Below are positions 21,417 to 30,098 of a stretch of 32,000 nt of DNA, one piece after another; positions within the stretch are counted from its first letter, which is position 1, and every line of letters begins with the position of its first letter. This DNA comes from Candidatus Saccharimonadota bacterium (GTDB lineage Bacteria; Pseudomonadota; Alphaproteobacteria; Rickettsiales; Anaplasmataceae), in assembly GCA_029715105.1 (NCBI GenBank), contig CP085695.1, positions 660,001 through 692,000 on the forward strand, read 5' to 3'. The position numbers were made by a program, and so were the translations under genes. A model generated the notes under the pieces. It searched no databases and was not told the DNA's origin. It saw nothing but the letters and a program-made list of their open reading frames with translations.

Positions 21417-22215
21417 AGATTTAGAATTATTGAAATTTTATCATGAAATGGGTATCGATTCTGTTCTAATAGAAGATAAAGAAGAAAAAAAAAATAAAAA
21501 AAGCATTGATATCCAAACAATAAATACCGAAAAAAAATTAGATTACACTACATATCTAAGTGAAATAAAAGATAAAAAACAACAAGTTATATCAAATGAT
21601 TGGATAATTGAGGCAAAAAAACTTGCGAGTAGATGCAATAGTATTGATGAACTAAAAAATGTAATTTTATCTTTTAATGGATGTGAAATTAAAAAAACTG
21701 CAACTAACACTATTTTTTCTGACGGCAATCCAAATGCGAAAATTATGCTCATTGGCGAAGCACCAGGAATAAATGAAGATCTACAAGGTATACCATTTTG
21801 CGGTGTAAGTGGTATGCTGTTAGACAAAATGCTTAATGCAATTAACCTTGATCGCACTAAAGTTTATATAAGTAACACGGTATTTTGGCGTCCACCTGGT
21901 AATAGAAAACCTACTAACTTCGAACTTGATGTCTGTAAACCATTCGTCGAAAAACATATTGCGCTAATTTCACCGCAAATTCTAATTCTAGTTGGCGGAA
22001 TCGCATGTTATAGTCTGTTAGATAAGACAAAAACTATATCAAGTCTACGTGGTAAGTTTTACACATATAACAACCAATATTTATCTCGTTCAATTACTAC
22101 AGCCATTATATTTCATCCATCTTATTTACTTCGTCAACCATCACAAAAACGCTTAGCTTGGGAAGATTTAAAAAAAATTAGAGACTATATCTTGTGCCAC
22201 GATATCATCGTATAG
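21400..22215 (+). CDS. Uracil-DNA glycosylase, family 4 (with a Lys/Glu-rich N-terminal extension)
   Basis: Core motifs are IMLIGEAPGINEDLQGIPFCGVSGMLLDKML, NTVFWRPPGNRKP and IFHPSYLLR. The start is uncertain: ATG 21400 overlaps def by 17 nt, and the next in-frame Met is at 21448. Confidence 0.8.
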   Translation: MNINNKDLELLKFYHEMGIDSVLIEDKEEKKNKKSIDIQTINTEKKLDYTTYLSEIKDKKQQVISNDWIIEAKKLASRCNSIDELKNVILSFNGCEIKKTATNTIFSDGNPNAKIMLIGEAPGINEDLQGIPFCGVSGMLLDKMLNAINLDRTKVYISNTVFWRPPGNRKPTNFELDVCKPFVEKHIALISPQILILVGGIACYSLLDKTKTISSLRGKFYTYNNQYLSRSITTAIIFHPSYLLRQPSQKRLAWEDLKKIRDYILCHDIIV

Positions 22216-22826
22216 ATAATTCATATTACTTGTTTAGTAAAATCACAATTAAGATTATTTATCAATAAAATATAATCCCGAAGTGTTATATGTTAATTTC
22301 ATTATAAATAAAACTTCTATTTAAATAAAAGAACCTTTTATTTATATGTGTAAAAGAACTGTCATAGACAAAAAGAGTCAAAATCAACACAAAACCAACA
22401 ATATAATTGTAAAATTTACTGCTAAAATACATAAAAATTTATTTTTATATTATAAAAATAGAAGTATTTATAAAAAGAAAATTAATAAGACACTCACCAA
22501 AATTTTACCAAGTACACTTATACGATCAATCGTAAAATAATTATATCCAATATATATAAAATATAACTTCTAATAAAACAGAAATACATAGAAATCTATC
22601 TCTTAAATTTTGATCTAATTGAATTTAAAAAACAAATTACTTACTTTATAAAGATACACTTAAACTTGCTAACTTATTTCTTTAAAGAGAACTTCAACTA
22701 ACAATTTATAAAAATTTAAAATAAAAATAACTAATAAAATTAGTAACTCTAACTTATATAGTACACGAACCCCTCGAGAGAAATCCAATAAAATTTAAAA
22801 GAAAATATATAAAACAAAATATAGGA

Positions 22827-22899
22827 TGATCCCGGCGCGAATTGAACGCGCGACCCACTGATTAAAAGTCAGTTGCTCTACCAACTGAGCTACGGGATC
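22827..22899 (-). tRNA. tRNA-Lys (anticodon UUU)
   Basis: The reverse complement is GATCCCG-TA-GCTC-AGTTGGTA-GAGC-A-ACTGA-CTTTTAA-TCAGT-GGGTC-GCGCG-TTCAATT-CGCGC-CGGGATC-A. All stems are fully paired and CCA is not encoded. It is the most GC-rich patch in a 1.9-kb otherwise empty region. Confidence 0.9.
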
Positions 22900-24119
22900 C
22901 TTTATTTATTCTATATCCTTTTATTAAATTAAAATAGAAATTTATTTAATTTAATTAAGATTTAATTTTTAACACCATAAACTATTACTTTTATATTACT
23001 ATCTCTTCAATGCTAAAAGCAAACAAATCTACAAAAACCTTACTACAAATTTCTTTAAATTTACTAATTTAATACCATATTACCGTAATCCCTCTTTACG
23101 AATTTTCACTATAAAGTACAAAAGGTATTATTTTGATTGCTAGCTCTTCAATTCAACCTTCAAATCTAATATCTCCTAAATTTTTTATAATAGAAACCAA
23201 TACACAAAATAAATAAATTTATAGAACTATATCATGATGAAAAAACATAAAAAGAGAAACTTAATCAATAATTGATTTTGGTCAAAATAATACTTTTAAT
23301 AATAATGTACTAATATTAAATTATGTCATGTACTAATTAAATTTATTAACTTAACTTACTATTCATATATTTTCTTTTCAGAAAAATTTATTATTCTAAA
23401 AACCTCACTATCTTATTTCAAGATAAGGTGCTATTTCCGCGGTTATAGGAGAACCTTCTTCATTTTTATAATATTTTACCATGCCAGATAAATTATAAAT
23501 CACAAATCTTCCATCATAATATTTACCACCATTCAACAATTTTAGTTACTTATCTTAATTTTTATGCCATAAAAAGATATCGCTTCTTAAAATCCATTTT
23601 ACTAAATAATTCAATAATTTTAAATATTTTAAAAATTTCTCTTTAAGGTCAATTTATGACTTACCATTATTATTTCAAATAAATTTCAGATATCACCAAT
23701 TATTACATCTTAAAATTTAACAATAAAATCATTATCCATTTTAATACAACGAATTCCTTATATAAAATATTACTTACTTCGTTCTTAGCGGGAAAATTCC
23801 TTGTTTACCATTTAATTAATTTTATTTCCTGCAAAATTCTCTTAATCTAATAATTTTATTATATTTTCTAATATAAAATCTTACACCCTTACTTATTGGT
23901 CTTTTTCCGTATAAGATTCCTCCTCTTAGAGAGGCTATATTCCTTTTGATAAAATATAACATTAGAAATGAATAAAATAGAAATAAACTAAAATTATAAT
24001 AGCTACTTTTATAGTAAATAATTATTACCACCTGATAGCGATATCTCATATTTTATATAAATTCTAACCTTCCACATAATCAACGTATAAGTAAAATAAG
24101 TAAACTTTATTCAACAATT

Positions 24120-25163
24120 TCACCTTAAACACGAAAAACGAAAACCATATTGATCAAGCCAACTAATCTTATTATCATAAAAATTCCTTAAATCACCAAT
24201 CTGATATTTCAACATTGCGAGTCTTTCTATACCAATACCAAATGCAAAACCATTATATTTATTATGATCTATACCAGTATTCCGAAACACATTTGGGTGT
24301 ACCATACCACATCCAAGCACTTCTATCCACTTACTACCCTTATAACTTATATCTATCTCTACAGAAGGTTCAGTAAAGGGAAAAAAACTATTACGAAAAC
24401 GTATTTTTAATTCTTTATCTTCGAAAAATCTTTTAAGAAAATGATGAATAGTAAACTTTAACTGACCCATATTAACATTCTCATTTATGTATAATCCTTC
24501 TATCTGATGAAACATAGGAGTATGAACTGCATCAAAATCATTCCTATATGCTCTACCCACAGCTATTATCTTAATAGGAAAAATCTTAGTCTTTTCCATA
24601 ATTCTAATTTGAACAGAAGAAGTATGAGTGCGCAATACCATTCTTTTATCATTTATTTTATTTTTTAAATAAAAAGTATCCTGCTTTTCACGTGCAGGAT
24701 GATAACTTGGAGTATTCAATGCATCAAACACATGAAATTCATCTTCAATTTCAGGGCCATCAACTGCCTTAAAAGCCATATGCGAAAAGATAAGCTTCAC
24801 TTCACTTATAACCTTACTCAATGGATGAATTTTACCAATTCTCTCTGGTCTGCATGGTAGTGTAATATCAACAAACTCATTCTGGAGCTTAAAATTAATC
24901 TTTTCAGCTTTTAATACAGCTGTTTTATCTATTATAAGTTGATTTAATTTAAAATATAAAGCATTAATAATTTTACCTAAATCGCGTTTTCTTTTTATAT
25001 CATCTATTTTTTTTAAATAATCAAAATAAACTTTAAAAACACCTTTCTTTCCAAGATATGCTAATCTAACTATTTCTAAATCTTTCAAAGAAGAAACACT
25101 TTTAATCTCAGAAATCGCTTTATCTTCAATTGAGAATATTTTATCAAATTGTTCCTTATTCAC
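24120..25163 (-). CDS. pheS: Phenylalanine--tRNA ligase alpha subunit
   Basis: Class II synthetase motifs are present: HPAREKQDTFY, LRTHTSSVQIR, FRNSFFPFTEPSVEIDI, GCGMVHPNV and GFAFGIGIERLAML. The apparent start is GTG at 25163. Confidence 0.9.
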   Translation of the reverse strand: MNKEQFDKIFSIEDKAISEIKSVSSLKDLEIVRLAYLGKKGVFKVYFDYLKKIDDIKRKRDLGKIINALYFKLNQLIIDKTAVLKAEKINFKLQNEFVDITLPCRPERIGKIHPLSKVISEVKLIFSHMAFKAVDGPEIEDEFHVFDALNTPSYHPAREKQDTFYLKNKINDKRMVLRTHTSSVQIRIMEKTKIFPIKIIAVGRAYRNDFDAVHTPMFHQIEGLYINENVNMGQLKFTIHHFLKRFFEDKELKIRFRNSFFPFTEPSVEIDISYKGSKWIEVLGCGMVHPNVFRNTGIDHNKYNGFAFGIGIERLAMLKYQIGDLRNFYDNKISWLDQYGFRFSCLR

Positions 25164-26229
25164 TTAAATAATATAATAAATATGAGCTACTTTAATTATC
25201 ACATTCGTTTAATTACACATTTCATGTTTTACATCATATAAATAAAATACAAGAAAATTTATAAAACACACTATCTCCTCAAAAGGAACGAACTATTTTT
25301 ATAATAGAAATAAAAATATAACAAGTTTAGATTAAAATCAATTATTAAATAAATAAAATAGAAAGATATAACAACAGGAAATCTTTAAATTTTAATACTT
25401 CTTTATAGAATTTCTCTCTCCTTAAGATTTAATGCAAAACTAAAAATTCTACATAAACTTACAAGATTTTCCTATAAAAATTAAAATTAAATCTTAATTA
25501 TAAAAACTTCAGTACTCAAATACTAAACATTAAACTTGTAAAATAAACACTACAAACCACCTAAGGTGATGCAAAATAAACAAATGATATTATAAAATCT
25601 CAAACTTAAACAAAACAGCTTAAATTATCAAACTTAGCTTTTATGAGCTAAAATATGAAAATATTTAGAAATAATTAAAAAACTGAAAAATACTAAAATC
25701 TACTAAAGAGATGCCTATAAATATAACATTATAAAATTTTATAAACACAAATTTACAAAAATCCTAGTTAAATTACTTTTAAAAGTACATAAAACTTCAA
25801 TTTCTTGAATAACTTATATTATTTTAAGATAAAACATTTTAATAGTCAAATTACACAAATTTTGATATTAATATTTTTAAATTTATTTCAATATTTTGAA
25901 CATTCCTATAAAGAGGGGGAGACATTTTTACTAAAAATTTGTACCACTTCCCGTTTTATTTAACTTCTAATTACAAAAGTTTATTAAATAATAAATAATT
26001 CTCACATTAATTTTAAAACCAAAACTACATCAGAATAAAATTCCATAAAACTAACTTAATAAAACAACAAATAATCTAAATTTTCATTATTTGTATTTAA
26101 TTAAATTAATATTTATTTATACTCATTAAAAATTCTATTGAACAAGAATAAATTTCCTTTATACTTTTGTTAAAATGAATAATCGCTTTTAAAAAGATAT
26201 CCCTATGATAAAATTGCTCATTAAAACCC

Positions 26230-26820
26230 ATGTTTAAGGGAATTATTACAGATATCGGAATTATAGTTGATACTAAGATTTGTTCTAACTCTGATTGGAT
26301 CTTTTATATTAAAACAAAAAGTTTGTCTCCCATATATAAAGGAGATTCAATATCCTGTTCTGGTATATGTCTGACCGTTATCGATGTAATTAATGATATA
26401 TTTATAACTCAAATTTCCAAAAGCACTGTGAAGATTACTAATTTAAATAATTGTTGGAAAATAGGAGAAAAAATAAACTTAGAACAAGCAATAAAAATGA
26501 GTGATAGAATTGATGGCCATTTAATACAAGGTCACATCGACGAAACAGTGCAAATCCTCACAATAAATCAGAGTTCTGATTCTCATGAAATAAAACTATC
26601 TTGTCCACGAAAACTAATTAAGTTTATCGCAGAAAAAGGATCTGTAGCTTTAGATGGCGTATCTCTAACAATAAATTCAGTTATAAACTATGAATTCACC
26701 GTTAACATCATTCCTTATACATGGCAAAATACGACATTCCAATATAAAAAAATAAACGACTATCTAAATTTAGAAGTTGATATGATTTCTAAATATTTAA
26801 ATCAATTAATATGTCAATAA
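26230..26820 (+). CDS. ribE: Riboflavin synthase (alpha chain)
   Basis: MFKGIITDIG N-terminus and an internally duplicated lumazine-binding barrel (GDSISCSGICLTV and GSVALDGVSLTI). Length is 196 aa. Confidence 0.85.
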   Translation: MFKGIITDIGIIVDTKICSNSDWIFYIKTKSLSPIYKGDSISCSGICLTVIDVINDIFITQISKSTVKITNLNNCWKIGEKINLEQAIKMSDRIDGHLIQGHIDETVQILTINQSSDSHEIKLSCPRKLIKFIAEKGSVALDGVSLTINSVINYEFTVNIIPYTWQNTTFQYKKINDYLNLEVDMISKYLNQLICQ

Positions 26821-26895
26821 TATTTATGCATAATTAAATTTTACAAATTTACTATTTGTAGCTAAAATCCCAGAGAGAAATAATCACATTAGTAT

Positions 26896-27474
26896 ATGAT
26901 CTTTGATTATATAATTGTTTTTATCGTTATTATATTCGTAATAATATCGATATCTAGAGGATTTATAAAAGAGTTATGCGCATTAATATTTTTATCTCTA
27001 TCTATTTTTTTTACATTTAATCATTATGATTTTTTTGCTATAAACTATAGCAAGTACTTTGACTATAAAATCACACAAAATGTATTTTCTACAATTTCCG
27101 TATTTATCGTGCTCAACCTTATATTTATGATAATAAACAATTTTTTAATGTATATGTTACTACCAATAAGATTAAATCTGATTGATAGAACTACAGGAAT
27201 TCTTATCGGAGCTTTTAAGGGAATATTGCTTTCCTACATACTATTCTTTGCTGTACATTTATATTGTTATACCATATATGACAAAAGAAACGAAGAATTT
27301 GAAAAAATAGAAGATCTAAGCGCTACACTGCCTACTTGGATAACAAACTCCTATTCCTACCAGGTATTTCTATCTATAGAAAACATAATTAACATGTATA
27401 TACCAGATTCATTGATATTAAAAATTGAAGAAATTAGTAAAAAAGTAATTCAATCAAAAAAAGCAAATAACTAA
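26896..27474 (+). CDS. cvpA: CvpA-family membrane protein (colicin V production protein homologue)
   Basis: Four hydrophobic helices with the CvpA-like N-terminal pattern (D.I..........RGFIKEL..L). Length is 192 aa. Confidence 0.65.
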   Translation: MIFDYIIVFIVIIFVIISISRGFIKELCALIFLSLSIFFTFNHYDFFAINYSKYFDYKITQNVFSTISVFIVLNLIFMIINNFLMYMLLPIRLNLIDRTTGILIGAFKGILLSYILFFAVHLYCYTIYDKRNEEFEKIEDLSATLPTWITNSYSYQVFLSIENIINMYIPDSLILKIEEISKKVIQSKKANN

Positions 27475-28152
27475 TGAAATAATGTAAACAAAAAAGTTAA
27501 TACTTTTTATAATTTCACTTTCTTCTTAAAGCTATCTTAATCTAAATATATAGACCTCCAAATTTCACTTTTATCGATTATTGAACACTCAATAATCTAA
27601 TCTAGATAATTCATATAAACTATTACTTCATACTTTTAGTAAAAAGATATTGATTTTATAATCAATCCCCCATTAAAAAACTTTCTACACCACTGTCGAC
27701 AATAAGATTGCAATAAAATTTATAGAATAAATAAAATCCGACTCAAAATCTTACTCATTAGCACTTTCATTGGTACATTCCAATTTTTAATGAAAATTAA
27801 AAAATATCTAACCAAAGTACTTAATATAAACTTATAATTAAAAATTTTTATCTTATAAATCTCTTTTACTCACTTTTAAAATTTAAATAAATTTTTCAAT
27901 TCTTAAAATCAATCAAAATAATACTACACTTTATAATTTTAAATTTTGATATTTGGTGCATAAATTCCTATCTTAATATTCTTATTTTGCCTTTATATCT
28001 TCAATACAAAACAAAATACACAAAAGGAGAATAATTTTAATCCTATTAGAAATTATCTATATATAAATTTTGACTATAAACTTCTCTCAATAGAGCGTTT
28101 TGCTATTCTAAATAGATAGTAAAAATATTTAAAATATGCATTATATAAATAT

Positions 28153-29169
28153 ATGTTAAGTAATCTCTGGAAAAAAGGAACAGATTTTCTTGGTAGTGAA
28201 TTTGCAATAATGGGTGGTGCTATGAGCTGGGTTTCAGAAAGAAGCTTAGTTTCAGCAATTTCAAACTCTGGCGGTTTTGGTGTAATTGCATGCGGCGCCA
28301 TGTCGCCAGAATTACTAAAAAAAGAAATTATAGAAACACAAAAATTAACTAAAAAACCATTCGGCGTAAATTTAATCACTATACATCCAAATCTAAATCA
28401 ATTAATAGATGTATGTATTGAATCAAAAGTAAGCCATATAGTTTTTGCAGGTGGATTACCAATAAAGGATAACATAGAAAAAATTAAGAATGTAGGCTCT
28501 GAAGTTATATGTTTCGCACCATCATTAAACCTTGCAAAAAGATTAGTAAAAATAGGAGTAGGAGCGCTAATCATAGAAGGAATGGAGGCTGGTGGACATA
28601 TAGGTCCAGTCAGTACCTCTGTACTTGCACAAGAAATATTACCCTTTTTTAAAAGAGAAAAAACACCAGTATTTGTTGCTGGTGGAATAGGAAGGGGTGA
28701 AATGATAGTAAATTACTTAGAGATGGGAGCAAGCGGTTGTCAGATAGGTACTTTATTTGTCTGTACAAATGAATCAATTGCTCATAAAAATTTTAAGGAG
28801 GTATTTATTAAATCAGTTGCACGTAATGCATGTTCTTCTGTACAAATAAGTACTGATTTTCCTGTACTTCCAGTAAGAGCAATAGTTAATAAGGCTAGTG
28901 ATAATTTTATAAAACATCAAAAAGAAATTATTGATAAATATCAAAGAGGACAAATTTCTAAAAAAAATGGACAACTTGAAATAGAAAAATTCTGGGCAGG
29001 CGCTTTAAGAAGGGCGGTCATCGAGGGAGATGTTGAAACAGGATCTTTAATGGCTGGCCAAAGTGTTGGTATGATTGATAGAGAAAAATCTGTAAAAGAG
29101 GTAATAGATATGCTAATTCAACAAGCAAACAGCTACATTAAAAATGGGTATAGAAATAAAAACACTTAA
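28153..29169 (+). CDS. Nitronate monooxygenase / FabK-like FMN-dependent oxidoreductase (NPD family)
   Basis: TIM-barrel flavoprotein pattern: IMGGAMSWVSERSLVSAISNSGGFGVIA, IIEGMEAGGHIG, VFVAGGIGRGE and GASGCQIGT. Confidence 0.75.
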   Translation: MLSNLWKKGTDFLGSEFAIMGGAMSWVSERSLVSAISNSGGFGVIACGAMSPELLKKEIIETQKLTKKPFGVNLITIHPNLNQLIDVCIESKVSHIVFAGGLPIKDNIEKIKNVGSEVICFAPSLNLAKRLVKIGVGALIIEGMEAGGHIGPVSTSVLAQEILPFFKREKTPVFVAGGIGRGEMIVNYLEMGASGCQIGTLFVCTNESIAHKNFKEVFIKSVARNACSSVQISTDFPVLPVRAIVNKASDNFIKHQKEIIDKYQRGQISKKNGQLEIEKFWAGALRRAVIEGDVETGSLMAGQSVGMIDREKSVKEVIDMLIQQANSYIKNGYRNKNT

Positions 29170-29721
29170 CATCTAATAATACAAACTCAAAACTAGCAAA
29201 AACCCTGGCGTAATAATCTAAAATAATCTTCTCTTATTTATTAAGACAAATTACTTTTTAACAAATCCAATTTCCTATACACTAGCTATAAAATTGTCAC
29301 ACTACGAAGTATCTTAAATAAACAATTTATCAAATAATTATAATAAAACTAAACAAAATACATATAATCAACTACATCAAATAGCAAAATAAATCATAAA
29401 TTGTAAACAAATATCCAATTAAAAATCTCTATAGAATACTACTATGGAAAAATTATTTTTCTCTATGTTTATCTATTAAAATCATAATACTTAACACGGT
29501 TTTACTAATTTTAATGAAATAAATTAATAATAGTTTTATTAAACTATAAATTAGCTACTTATTACACTCTCAGATTAAAAAAATCTAACACTTAGAAACT
29601 CAAATTGAGTACCAAAATCTTTTTATATATGTATTTCATTTTAATAAAACAAAATAAATTTCCTTGTTATTAACATCAAAGTTGTTATAATTTTCGTATT
29701 ATTGTTTAAGTGCTTAGTTGA

Positions 29722-30072
29722 ATGCGTGTTCAATTAAATAAAGTGTTGATTTTTATAATGTTACTGAGCTTAGTTCTATCGTATTCAAATAAAGCAGATT
29801 TAACTAAAAGTGAACTAGTTAATGATGTAACTATAAAAAATCTTATTCCCACATTTTTAATTGAGGAAACTTTTAGGGAAATAAACCCCTCTACAATCAT
29901 AAGGATTTGTATTACCTTAGTAATACTTGTAATATTATTTAGAAGTTTAATCTTTTTGGTGATGATATTTAGTATACTAGTTATGATATTTGGTAACACA
30001 GAAAAGGCAACTGATTTCTTAAAAGAAAAATTCGCTTTTATAAAAATAAAACTTGAACAAGAGAAAAAATAA
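29722..30072 (+). CDS. Small membrane protein, VirB2 (T4SS pilin)-like topology; tentative
   Basis: 116 aa with a signal-peptide-like N-terminus (MRVQLNKVLIFIMLLSLVLSYSNKA). Two adjacent hydrophobic helices (IIRICITLVILVILF and LIFLVMIFSILVMIFG) are joined by a short basic loop (RS), followed by a charged tail. The stop lies 26 nt before virB4. It lacks the VirB3 LxxGxTRP signature, so the call rests on topology and context only. Confidence 0.4.
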   Translation: MRVQLNKVLIFIMLLSLVLSYSNKADLTKSELVNDVTIKNLIPTFLIEETFREINPSTIIRICITLVILVILFRSLIFLVMIFSILVMIFGNTEKATDFLKEKFAFIKIKLEQEKK

Positions 30073-30098
30073 TAGAAAACCATACTCTCTTGCTTAAA

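Noticed and set aside
22211-22250. A shared segment tagataattcatat...tactt...tttagtaaaa downstream of the UDG gene (22211-22250) and of cvpA (27601-27648), with ttttagtaaa also downstream of rlpA (about 6811)
   Set aside because: The exact matches are only 10-14 nt. My rough estimate is that matches of this length are expected many times by chance in a 32-kb sequence this AT-rich. The alignment also needs gaps.
29598-29610. A 13-nt palindrome, actcaa-a-ttgagt, 112 nt upstream of the virB2-like ORF, as a possible operator. The all-AT inverted repeat at 22923-22955 upstream of tRNA-Lys and the 12-bp palindrome attgtatacaat at 13136-13147 after argB are similar cases
   Set aside because: Palindromes with arms of 6-11 bp are expected repeatedly by chance in about 10 kb of low-complexity AT-rich spacer. 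None matches a binding-site consensus I know.
29722-30072. Calling the ORF immediately upstream of virB4 VirB3, the usual virB3-virB4 order
   Set aside because: It lacks the conserved N-terminal VirB3 signature (LxxGxTRP followed by a TM helix). Instead it has a cleavable-looking signal peptide and two C-terminal helices, so it is annotated only as VirB2-like and tentative.
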